This document shows, in pieces, positions 48,702-57,176 of a DNA stretch of 64,000 nt. A model generated the notes under the pieces. The model did not search any database. It was not told the DNA's origin and worked only from the letters and a program-made list of their open reading frames with translations. This stretch comes from an uncultured Microbacterium sp. (GTDB lineage: Bacteria > Actinomycetota > Actinomycetes > Actinomycetales > Microbacteriaceae), in contig CAZBZR010000006.1 in the NCBI GenBank assembly GCA_964496445.1, forward strand, positions 25,740-89,739, written 5' to 3'. Position numbers and translations under genes: made by a program. The number at the start of each line of letters is the position of its first letter. The stretch's first letter is position 1.

Positions 48702-50702
48702 TCAGTGGGCGGCGACGACGGCGAGGATGCGGTCGCCGTAGGCCTCGCGCTTCTTCGCGCCGATCCCCGTGATCCCGTCGAGGTCGGCGGGCGACGCGGG
48801 ACGGGCCTCGGCGAGCGCGCGCAGCGTCGCGTCGCCGAAGACGATGTAGGCCGGCACGCCCTGCTCGCGGGCCTGCTCCGCACGCCACGCCCGCAGCGCC
48901 TCGAACAGATCGCGATCGCCCGGGGCCACGGCATCCGCCGCCGGCGCCTTGCGTACGCGCGCCCCACCGCCGGTGCGGCCGAGCGTGTCGCGTCGCAGCG
49001 GCACGGCGACCTCGCCGCGCAGCACGCCGCCGCTCGCTTCGGTGAGGGCGAGCGTGCCGTACTCGCCGCGCGCGACGAGGAGCCCGCGGGCGAGGAGCTG
49101 GCGCACGACGCTGCGCCAGTCCTGATCGGACAGGTCGGCCCCGATGCCGTACGTGGCCAGCGCGTCGTGTCCCTGCGCGCTGATGCGCTCGGTCTTGGCG
49201 CCGCGGAGGATGTCGATGAGGTGCCCCGCGCCGAAGGACTGGCCGCGCTCGCGCTGGAGGCGGACGATCGTCGACAGCAGCTTCTGCGCGGCGACGAGGC
49301 CGTCCCACGTCTCCGGCGGCTCCAGGCACGTGTCGCAGTTGCCGCACGGTCCGGCGGGCTCGCCGAAGTAGGCGAGGAGGTTCTGCCGCCGGCAGGCGAC
49401 GGTCTCGCACAGTCCCAGCATCGCGTCGAGGTGCTGCCCCAGGCGGATCTTGTAGCCGCGGTCGCCCGGCGACTGGTCGATCATGCGCCGCTGCTGCACG
49501 ACGTCACCCAGGCCGTAGGCCATCCACGCCACCGCAGGGTCGCCGTCGCGCCCGGCGCGTCCCGTCTCCTGGTAGTACCCCTCGACGGACTTGGGCAGAT
49601 CGATGTGGGCGACGAAGCGCACGTCGGGCTTGTCGATCCCCATGCCGAACGCGATGGTCGCCACCATCACGACTCCGTCCTCGCGGAGGAACCGCGACTG
49701 ATGCCGCGCGCGCACCCCCGCGTCGAGGCCGGCGTGGTAGGGAAGCGCGTCGAACCCCTGCGCCTGCAGGAACGCGGCGGTCTGATCGACGCTCTTGCGG
49801 CTGAGGGCATAGACGATGCCGGCCGAGCCCTCGGGCAGCGAGCGGATGAAGCCGACCAGCTGCTTGCGCGGATCGACCTTCGGGGCGATGCGGTACTGGA
49901 TGTTGGGTCGGTCGAAGCTGGCGACGAACCGCCGCGCGCCCTCGAGCCGGAGACGCTCGCCGATCTCGGCCGCCGTCGCCGGGGTCGCCGTCGCCGTGAG
50001 CGCCATGCGGGGGACCCCAGGGAATCGATCGGCGAGGTCGCCCAGCGCGAGATAGTCGGGCCGGAAGTCATGACCCCACTGCGACACGCAGTGCGCCTCG
50101 TCGATGGCGATGACGCTCAGGCGGCCACGGGCCAGGAGGCCCAGGGTCTGCGCGCCGTTCAGGCGCTCCGGGGCCACGTAGAGGAGGTCGAGCGTGCCGG
50201 CGAGGTACGCCTGCTCGACGGCCTGGCGCTCCGCGGCGCTCTGGGTGGAGTTGAGGTAGGCGGCCCGCACGCCGTTGGCCACGAGCGCATCGACCTGATC
50301 GTGCATGAGGGCGATCAGGGGGCTGATCACCAGGCCCGTACCCGCACGCACGAGCGCGGGCACCTGGTAGGTGACGCTCTTGCCACCGCCGGTCGGCATG
50401 AGGACGATCGCATCCCGGCCGCCCACGACATGCGCGACGATGTCGCCCTGATCGCCGCGGAAGGCGTCGTAGCCGTAGACCTCGTGCAGCACCTCGCGCG
50501 GGTCGCGGCCGGTGAAGTCGCGCGCCGCGGTCGCCAGTCCGGGCATCGAGGCGCCGGCCCCCGGGTCGAAGGGCGGCGGCGCATCGGGATCGTCGGGTGG
50601 CGCGAACAGGTCGGGGTCCCACGGCGCATCCGCGTACGGGTCATCCGGCGGCGCATCCGCGTACGCGTCGGTGTACGCGGGGTCGGGGCCGGCGATACTC
50701 AC
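48702..50702 (-). CDS. recQ: ATP-dependent DNA helicase RecQ
   Basis: MPTGGGKS, YVAPER, DEAHCVSQWGHDFRP, ATIAFGMGIDK, QETGRAGRDG, CRR..CGNCD, HRDC tail. Confidence 0.97.
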   Translation of the reverse strand: MSIAGPDPAYTDAYADAPPDDPYADAPWDPDLFAPPDDPDAPPPFDPGAGASMPGLATAARDFTGRDPREVLHEVYGYDAFRGDQGDIVAHVVGGRDAIVLMPTGGGKSVTYQVPALVRAGTGLVISPLIALMHDQVDALVANGVRAAYLNSTQSAAERQAVEQAYLAGTLDLLYVAPERLNGAQTLGLLARGRLSVIAIDEAHCVSQWGHDFRPDYLALGDLADRFPGVPRMALTATATPATAAEIGERLRLEGARRFVASFDRPNIQYRIAPKVDPRKQLVGFIRSLPEGSAGIVYALSRKSVDQTAAFLQAQGFDALPYHAGLDAGVRARHQSRFLREDGVVMVATIAFGMGIDKPDVRFVAHIDLPKSVEGYYQETGRAGRDGDPAVAWMAYGLGDVVQQRRMIDQSPGDRGYKIRLGQHLDAMLGLCETVACRRQNLLAYFGEPAGPCGNCDTCLEPPETWDGLVAAQKLLSTIVRLQRERGQSFGAGHLIDILRGAKTERISAQGHDALATYGIGADLSDQDWRSVVRQLLARGLLVARGEYGTLALTEASGGVLRGEVAVPLRRDTLGRTGGGARVRKAPAADAVAPGDRDLFEALRAWRAEQAREQGVPAYIVFGDATLRALAEARPASPADLDGITGIGAKKREAYGDRILAVVAAH

Positions 50703-50708
50703 CCGTCC

Positions 50709-50730
50709 ACGGTAACCCGGGCCGCCGACG
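50709..50730 (-). promoter_or_regulatory. PafBC/RecA-NDp-like promoter, probably leaderless, for recQ
   Basis: Minus strand CGTCGG-N10-TACCGT, 6 nt before the GTG start. Confidence 0.6.
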
Positions 50731-50793
50731 CGCAGGCATGGCGGAACAGGATGCGGCGCGCCTACGTTGGGGGAGTCAACGGAAGGAACCGTC

Positions 50794-51132
50794 ATGAGCG
50801 ACGAGATCACGGTCACGCGCAACGAGGCGCGATCCCGGTACGAGGTGCACGTCGGCGACGAACTGGGCGGGTATCTGCTGTTCCGCCCGGCCGAGAACGC
50901 CGTCGTCCTCCCCCACACCGTGATCGACCCGGCCTTCAAGGGCAAAGGGCTCGGATCGATCCTCGCCGCCGACGCGCTGGCGGATCTCGCCCGCCGCGGC
51001 GACACGATCATCCCCACCTGCCCCTTCGTCACCCACTATCTCCAGACCCACGAGGTGCCCGGACTGCGGATCGAGTGGCCCTCCGGCGACGCCGACGCTC
51101 CGAGCCCGGCGGAGGGCGGCGAGCGGGCATGA
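50794..51132 (+). CDS. Small GNAT-fold acetyltransferase (YjdJ-like)
   Basis: RYE, HTVIDPAFKGKGLG, IIPTCPFV. Confidence 0.9.
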   Translation: MSDEITVTRNEARSRYEVHVGDELGGYLLFRPAENAVVLPHTVIDPAFKGKGLGSILAADALADLARRGDTIIPTCPFVTHYLQTHEVPGLRIEWPSGDADAPSPAEGGERA

Positions 51133-52115
51133 CACGCCTCGATGACGTCGCCGCCGACGCGCGCGATGCGCTGGATGACACCGGCGCGGACGCCGACGTG
51201 GTGATCCTGGAGTCGCGCGAAGTGCCCCTCGGCGGCGTCCGGGCGATGTCGGTGCGGCGGAGCCTGCCCCAGCGCGCGCTGCCGATGGTGGGCGCGTGGT
51301 GCTTCCTCGACCGGTTCGGCCCGCAGTCCACGCGGATGCGGGTGGAGCCGCATCCGCATATCGGACTGCAGACGGTCACGTGGCCGCTCGTCGGCGAGAT
51401 CCGCCACCGCGACACCGTGGGCAGCGACGTCGTGCTGCGCCCGGGTCAGCTGAACCTCATGACCAGCGGCGCGGGGATCGCGCACTCCGAGTACTCGGTC
51501 GGCGAAGGTCCCATCCCGCTCGACGCCCTGCAGCTGTGGGTCGCGCTGCCCGAGACGCGGCGGAACGGCCCACCCGCGTTCGAGCGGCACGAGCGCCTGC
51601 CCGCCTTCTCGCTCCCCGCCGTCGACGGCGGGGCCGCCGAGGTCGTCGTCGTGCTGGGCGAGTTCGCCGGCGTGCGTTCTCCGGCCACGGTGCACACCCC
51701 GATCGTGGGCGCGGAGCTGCGCGTGCCCGCGGGAGCGCGCGTGTCGCTGCCACTGCATCCGGAGTGGGAGCACGCCCTCGTGCTGGTGGACGGCGACGCC
51801 CGCGTGGACACCGACCGCGGCACGGCGATCCTGGATGAGACGCACCTGCTGTACGTGGGCACCGGCAGGGACGCCGTCGAGGTGACCTCCGAGGCCGGCG
51901 GCCGGCTGTTCCTCCTCGGCGGCGAGCCCTTCGAAGCGGACATCGTCATGTGGTGGAACTTCGTCGGCCGTGACCACGACGAGATCGTGGCCGCGCGCGA
52001 CGCATGGGAGGCTGCATCCGCCCGCTTCGGGCACGTCGTCGGGCACGGCGACGAGCGGGTGCCCGCGCCGCCGCTGCCCGCGGTGCGCCTCACGCCGCGC
52101 CGCCGCCGGGCCTGA
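51129..52115 (+). CDS. Pirin-family protein
   Basis: WCFLD, PHPHIGLQTVT, HRDTVG, MTSG.GIAHSE, QLWVALP, MWWNFVGR. ATG overlaps the GNAT stop. Confidence 0.93.
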   Translation: MTRLDDVAADARDALDDTGADADVVILESREVPLGGVRAMSVRRSLPQRALPMVGAWCFLDRFGPQSTRMRVEPHPHIGLQTVTWPLVGEIRHRDTVGSDVVLRPGQLNLMTSGAGIAHSEYSVGEGPIPLDALQLWVALPETRRNGPPAFERHERLPAFSLPAVDGGAAEVVVVLGEFAGVRSPATVHTPIVGAELRVPAGARVSLPLHPEWEHALVLVDGDARVDTDRGTAILDETHLLYVGTGRDAVEVTSEAGGRLFLLGGEPFEADIVMWWNFVGRDHDEIVAARDAWEAASARFGHVVGHGDERVPAPPLPAVRLTPRRRRA

Positions 52116-52206
52116 ATCCGTCCGGCCCCGGACCGGCTTCGGTCGCCGGCGCCGTCGGGCCGCCCGCGGGTCGGCCTCGGGCCGGCCTCGGGTCGGCCTC
52201 GCGCCG

Positions 52207-52710
52207 CCCGAACTCCTCACCACCGCCGCCCCCCGCCACGCATCCCCGGCGTGTCGCCCGATGCCGGGCCCGTCCTGAGGAGTTCGGGAAGGGCGGGCCG
52301 CCGTCCGGGCCGGCCTCGGGCCGCCCGAACCCACCTGCCCCCGCGCCCGCCCGAACTCCTCGCCCCCGCCGCCCTTAGCCGCATATCCCCGGCGTGTCGC
52401 CCGATGCCGGGCCCGTCCTGAGGAGTTCGGGAAGGGCGGGCCGCCCGCGGGTCGGCCTCGCGCCTGCCCCGCGCCTGCCCCGGGCCGCCCGAACTCCTCA
52501 CCCCCGCCACCCGGCGCCGCATATCCCCGGCGTGTCGCCCGATGCCGGGCCCGTCTTGAGGAGTTCGGAAAGGGCGGCCCGCCGTCCGGGCCGGCCTCGG
52601 GCCGCCCGAACCCACCTGCCCCGGGCCGCCCGAACTCCTCACCCCCGCCGCCCCCGGCCGCGCATCCCCGGCGTGTCGCCGAGCCAGAGCCCGGAAGTGA
52701 GGAGTTCGGG
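52207..52710. repeat. Array of four 82-bp units with 13-bp terminal inverted repeats (family B; BIME/REPIN-like)
   Basis: Units at 52207-52288, 52350-52431, 52488-52569 and 52629-52710. Consensus ends CCCGAACTCCTCA / TGAGGAGTTCGGG; invariant core ATCCCCGGCGTGTCGCC. Confidence 0.92.
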
Positions 52711-52756
52711 CGGCGCGGGCCGCAGGCGGGCCGCCGCCACCCCCAGCCGCGCACGA

Positions 52757-52792
52757 CGAAGGGCGTCCGGACCGAGGCCCGGACGCCCTTCG
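52757..52792. terminator. Stem-loop terminator between the convergent pirin and subtilase genes
   Basis: Perfect 14-bp stem CGAAGGGCGTCCGG / CCGGACGCCCTTCG, 11 nt past the subtilase stop. Confidence 0.8.
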
Positions 52793-52803
52793 GATCACCC
52801 GGC

Positions 52804-55800
52804 TCAGCGGTACACGATGAACCCGCTGGCGCCCGTCGAGGCGGCGACGGTGTCGCTGCCGGCGTACTGCGCGACGACGACCTTCACGCCCTTGGACTGC
52901 TTCGGCAGCGGGATGGTGACCGCGCCGTCGACCAGCGTGCCGGTGTACGACTTCGCGTTCACCCACACGGTGACGTCGCCGGATGCGGCGGGCCCGCCCG
53001 AGGGCGTCACGGCCACGGTCACGGCATACTCCTGCGACGACGTGCCGATGTAGCGGTTCATCGTCACCTTGGTGTGCGAGCTGTACGGCACGAACACCCC
53101 GGCGGAATCCGCCGTGCCCGGCACGGGGTTGCCGGCGGCCGTGGCCGTCACCCGCACCGAGAGGGTCGTGCCGACATCGGCCTTGGTGACCTTGTAGGTC
53201 TTCGCGGTCGCCCCCGCGATCGGCTGGCCGTCGCGGAGCCACTGGTAGGCCACCTCGACGTCGGCCGGATCCCACTCGCCGGGCGTCGCGGTGAGCTTCT
53301 TACCCACGCGCGGTTCGCCCGAGATCGTCGGCGCGGTCGTGGCGCTCGGCGGCGCCTCGCCCGAGTCGACCGTGAGGATCGTGCGCACCGCGGAGTCGCC
53401 GTACTGGGCGACGCCCAGGTACCGCGACTGCGGCTGCAGGCCCGTCCACGACAGCGCGTACGACACCGGGGTGCCCTGCTCCACCACGAGCGGGTTCGGC
53501 GTCGCGGTGAGCGATCCTTCCCCACCGGGGAGGACCGAGCCCGACCACATGTCCCACGTGAACGGCTCCGCGAAGGCGTAGACGTTCACCTCGACGACGT
53601 ACGTGCCCGCGGTGGGGTTCTGCAGCGTCACCTGCTCGTCCGCGGCGCCGCTGGCCGACTGCCACATCTCGTAGTAGCGCAGGTCGTCGGGGCTGACGAC
53701 GCGGTACACGAAGAGGTCGAGGTCGCTCGTCTCGTCGTCCGACGAGTCCAGCGTGAACCGCGACAGCGTGGCGCCCTCGGGCACCTCGACGATCCAGCTC
53801 ACGTAGCCGTCGTTGTCGACGCCCGAGTTCTGGTCGCCGGAGTGGCCCTCGACGGGGTTGTCGGGGTCGGCGAGCAACGTCATCGGGGTCAGGCCGCTGA
53901 GGGCGACCGGCAGTTCGCCGTCCACGCCCGGCGTGACGGACACCTCGGCGCTGCCGCTCGTGCCGGTGCCCGACACCTCGGCCGGAGCATCCGCCGTCAC
54001 CGGCTGGATGACGATCGGCGAGCGCACCGATGTGTCGCCACTGGTCCACGTGAGCGAGCCGCTCGTCCAGGCCTCGGCGGGGGCATCGGTCCGCGTGAAG
54101 GTCACCGTGAACTGCTGCGTCTCGCCGGCGGCGCCGAACGTCAGGGTCGCCGGCTCCACCACGGCGTCCACGCCCGCCACGTCGACGGATGCGGTGAACG
54201 TGCCCGCCTGCGTCGAGGTGACCGATCGCGTGACCGTCTGCGGCTTGGACAGCGAGCCGATCGCGATCGACGCGAGGTTCAGGTCGCTGCCGTCGATCGG
54301 CTCGACGCCGAAGTCGGCGAGACCCTTGCCCTGCAGGAACGCGGCCCAGTCGTCGGGACCGTTGAGGTACAGCAGCCCCGGCTCGAAGAACCGCGTCGGG
54401 TCGACGTGACCGGCCCCCTGCGCGAACGGGTCGGCGTTGACCGAGCCGTCGTCGTTCTTGGTGTCGTACGCCGTGGTCATCATGGCCGACTTCACCTCGG
54501 CGGGCGTCGCGTTCGGCCGCTCACCGAGATACAGCGCGGCGAGCCCCGCGATGTGCGGCGAGGACATCGACGTGCCGGAGAGGAACTCCCACGAGGCGGG
54601 ATCGCCCGGGGCGTTCGGGCCGGCGGCGAGGATGGCCACGCCCGGAGCGGTGAGGTCGGGCTTGAGGATGTCGCTGCCGTCGGCGAGCATCGGGCCGCGG
54701 CTGGAGAAGCCCGCGATCACCGGGGTCGGGGTCTCGACCCCCGTGACGTTCTCGCCGATCAGCGTGGCCGTCGCATCCGCCGCGGTGCGCACGTAGTCCA
54801 GCAGCGCCGCGCGGTACGTGTCGGCGATGTGGATGCTGGGCACCGAGTGGAAGTCGTTGTCGAGCGAGCCCGGCGTGACGTTCACGAGGATCATGCCGAT
54901 GCCGCCGGCCTCCTGGACCGCCTGCGACTTCTCGACGCGCGCGTTCTCGCCCCGGTCGCACACCACGATCTTGCCTTCGGCCTGCGCCGGGTCCAGCGCG
55001 CCGATGTAGCAGAGCGCCGCCTGGGCGGGATCTGCCCCTGCCGCGGCGATGTCCCCGCCGTAGACGACCGGGCCGGTGACCTCCTCGCCGAAGGGCACCG
55101 ACACCGAGGCGCCGGCGGCCTGGAAGCCGTTCGGCAGCTGCACGGTGCCCTCGTAGGTGGGGATCGTGGATGCGGCGACCGTGGTGTACCACGGCGAGGC
55201 GTGGTCGGCCGTGGCGCTGCCGGGGCCGTCGTTGCCGGCGCTGGCCGCGACGAAGATGCCGGCGGCGGCGGCGTTGAAGAACGCCCGGTCCTCGGTGGCG
55301 AGCGTCGTGGTGGCCGCGCCCCCGCCGATGGAGTAGTTGATGACGTCCACGCCGTCGGAGATGGCGGCGTTGATCGCGCCGAGCAGGTCGCTGAGCGCGC
55401 AGATGTCGTCCGTGGTCACGAGGGGATCGGGACCGACGAAGCACGCCTTGTAGGCGGCCACCTTGGCGCCCGGGGCGACGCCGGAGATCTCGCCGAAGTC
55501 GACGCCCGCCACGGTCGCGGCGACGCCGTCGTTGCCGGCCGCGGTGCTCGCCGTGTGCGACCCGTGGCCGTCGCCGTCGCGCGGCGAGAGGTAGTCGGGA
55601 CCGAAGTCGAAGCCGTTCGCGGCGGCACCGGCGCTGAAGTACTTCGCCCCCACGAGCTTGGTCGAGTACGCATCGTTCGACCAGTCCTCGCCGGTGACCC
55701 GCTCGCTGCGGAACTCGGTGCCGTCGCCCTTGGCGAAGACGACCTCGTTGCCGTCGAGGTAGGGCTCGCTGCCGGGCGTCGTGCCGAGGGGCTCACCGGC

Positions 55801-56379
55801 GAACGACGGGTTCTCCGGGGCGATGCCGGTGTCGATCACGCCGACGACCGTGCCGGCGCCGGCAGCATCGGCCCCGCCGACCGACTCCCACACGCCGCCG
55901 GGGCCCTCGAGGCCGAGGAACTCGGTGGAGGGGACGGCGACGGGGTGGCGGATCTCGTCGGGCACGACGGCTTCGACGCCCTTCGTGGCGGCGAGCTTGC
56001 CGGCCTGCTCGGAGCTCAGCCGCGCGCTGAACGCGTTGAGGGCGAGCGTGTAGGAGTACTGCCGCTTCACGCCCGCCTCGGCGGCGACCTCCTGCTGGCG
56101 GTCATCGAGGTAGGCGGAGTACTCCCGCACCTCGGCCGAGCGTGCGTCGAGCTTGTCGCCCTCGTCGGGCTTGGTGGCCCGGAGGTCGGCGGCGCCGCCG
56201 TCATAGGTGGCCGCGGGGGCCTCCTCCAGCAGCACGATGTACTGACCGGTGGGGGACTCCAGCGGGACGGGCGTGTTCACCTCCCCCGCCGCGGTCGCGC
56301 CGAAACTGGCGGTTGCTGTGGCACCGGTGAACAACGCGGCCAGGGTGACGGCCGCGATCGTTCGCAGGGAACGACCCAT
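52804..56379 (-). CDS. Secreted S8 subtilase (I9 propeptide, PA domain, C-terminal beta-sandwich domains)
   Basis: Signal peptide; VIDTG, GHGSHTASTAAG, SAGNDG, KPDLTAPG, SGTSMSSPH; GKIVVCDRG PA insert. Confidence 0.95.
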   Translation of the reverse strand: MGRSLRTIAAVTLAALFTGATATASFGATAAGEVNTPVPLESPTGQYIVLLEEAPAATYDGGAADLRATKPDEGDKLDARSAEVREYSAYLDDRQQEVAAEAGVKRQYSYTLALNAFSARLSSEQAGKLAATKGVEAVVPDEIRHPVAVPSTEFLGLEGPGGVWESVGGADAAGAGTVVGVIDTGIAPENPSFAGEPLGTTPGSEPYLDGNEVVFAKGDGTEFRSERVTGEDWSNDAYSTKLVGAKYFSAGAAANGFDFGPDYLSPRDGDGHGSHTASTAAGNDGVAATVAGVDFGEISGVAPGAKVAAYKACFVGPDPLVTTDDICALSDLLGAINAAISDGVDVINYSIGGGAATTTLATEDRAFFNAAAAGIFVAASAGNDGPGSATADHASPWYTTVAASTIPTYEGTVQLPNGFQAAGASVSVPFGEEVTGPVVYGGDIAAAGADPAQAALCYIGALDPAQAEGKIVVCDRGENARVEKSQAVQEAGGIGMILVNVTPGSLDNDFHSVPSIHIADTYRAALLDYVRTAADATATLIGENVTGVETPTPVIAGFSSRGPMLADGSDILKPDLTAPGVAILAAGPNAPGDPASWEFLSGTSMSSPHIAGLAALYLGERPNATPAEVKSAMMTTAYDTKNDDGSVNADPFAQGAGHVDPTRFFEPGLLYLNGPDDWAAFLQGKGLADFGVEPIDGSDLNLASIAIGSLSKPQTVTRSVTSTQAGTFTASVDVAGVDAVVEPATLTFGAAGETQQFTVTFTRTDAPAEAWTSGSLTWTSGDTSVRSPIVIQPVTADAPAEVSGTGTSGSAEVSVTPGVDGELPVALSGLTPMTLLADPDNPVEGHSGDQNSGVDNDGYVSWIVEVPEGATLSRFTLDSSDDETSDLDLFVYRVVSPDDLRYYEMWQSASGAADEQVTLQNPTAGTYVVEVNVYAFAEPFTWDMWSGSVLPGGEGSLTATPNPLVVEQGTPVSYALSWTGLQPQSRYLGVAQYGDSAVRTILTVDSGEAPPSATTAPTISGEPRVGKKLTATPGEWDPADVEVAYQWLRDGQPIAGATAKTYKVTKADVGTTLSVRVTATAAGNPVPGTADSAGVFVPYSSHTKVTMNRYIGTSSQEYAVTVAVTPSGGPAASGDVTVWVNAKSYTGTLVDGAVTIPLPKQSKGVKVVVAQYAGSDTVAASTGASGFIVYR

Positions 56380-56554
56380 ACTGCGCTCCAAACGGGGGGA
56401 TGAGTTGAGCGGTGCGCGCGGCATCGGTGGCGCGCGTCCGAGACACACTAGCTCACAGGAGAATGTCAGGTGCCACTCGGCCGACGTACATGTGGACAGT
56501 TATCCCCGGCGCCTCGCGGCCGGTGCCGCGCTCGCCCGGCGCTACGCTGAGCGG

Positions 56555-57100
56555 GTGGCCGTGGCATCCCGACTCCCGACGCGCGTCCTGCTGATCTGCG
56601 CGGCGATCGGTGTCGCCTCCGGCGTGCTCGGCGGTGCGGCCGGATGGCTCACGCCGGTGGTGCTCGCGACGGCGCCGTTCGCGTACGGTCTCGTCCTCGG
56701 CTCCCACGTGGTGCCCGGCATCATCGCGCAGGAGGTCATCCGACGTCCGTGGGTGGCGCTGCTGTCGCACCTGCTCGCCGCGCTGGTCGGGGCGGCGATC
56801 GCCCCGCAATGGGCGCTGCGCTACCTCGGCACCGCGCTGCTGTTCGGCGCGATCCAGGAGGGGATCGCCGCCCTCACCCGCTACCGCGCCTGGCAGGCGT
56901 GGCGCTTCTTCGTCTCGGCGGTCCTCATCGGCGTGATCGTGGCCGCGGTGGTGTGGTTCGCCGCCGACCTCGGCGCGCTCCCCGCGTGGGCGCAGGTCGC
57001 CTACCTCATCGTGTCGGTGCTGGGCCCGGTCGCCTGGACCGCCCTCGCCCTCGGCATCGGGGCGGGCCTGCGGCGCGCGGGCGTCGCACGCGGGCGCTGA
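56555..57100 (+). CDS. ECF transporter S component (YkoE-like)
   Basis: About 181 aa, mostly hydrophobic; RRPWVALL, GAIQE; directly upstream of ECF A and T genes. Confidence 0.78.
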   Translation: MAVASRLPTRVLLICAAIGVASGVLGGAAGWLTPVVLATAPFAYGLVLGSHVVPGIIAQEVIRRPWVALLSHLLAALVGAAIAPQWALRYLGTALLFGAIQEGIAALTRYRAWQAWRFFVSAVLIGVIVAAVVWFAADLGALPAWAQVAYLIVSVLGPVAWTALALGIGAGLRRAGVARGR

Positions 57101-57130
57101 GAACGCCGTTCCCGGGACCGGCGAAGGAAC

Positions 57131-57149
57131 TAAGGGTAGGCTAAGTCCA
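57131..57149 (+). promoter_or_regulatory. IdeR/DtxR-like iron box overlapping a TAGGCT -10 element
   Basis: TAAGGGTAGGCTAAGTCCA matches 14 of 19 positions of TWAGGTWAGSCTWACCTWA. Confidence 0.55.
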
Positions 57150-57176
57150 CCTCATCCGCCTGCCGTCTGGACACCC

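Noticed and set aside
50570-50700. Short direct repeat GCGCATCCGCGTACG in the recQ 5' end
   Set aside because: It encodes a low-complexity Asp/Pro N-terminal extension (YADAP twice), with no sign of a separate element.
46342-52115. Apparent long fusion ORFs (46342-49410, 1022 aa; 48348-52115, 1255 aa)
   Set aside because: Only the C-terminal parts resemble real proteins (acyl-CoA oxidase from 48444, pirin from 51129). The extensions overlap recQ and repeats and reflect stop-codon scarcity at high GC.
52207-52710. Possible CRISPR array
   Set aside because: Units are 82 bp, linkers are related to each other rather than unique spacers, and there is no AT-rich leader or cas gene in the window.
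51036-53275. Repetitive minus-strand ORFs across the array (572 aa and 352 aa)
   Set aside because: They are translations of GC-rich DNA repeats that overlap pirin or the subtilase in other frames, with no protein motifs.
56380-56554. TPP riboswitch upstream of the ykoE-like gene
   Set aside because: No CTGAGA-type core seen, and the -10 box sits 6 nt from the start, leaving no leader.
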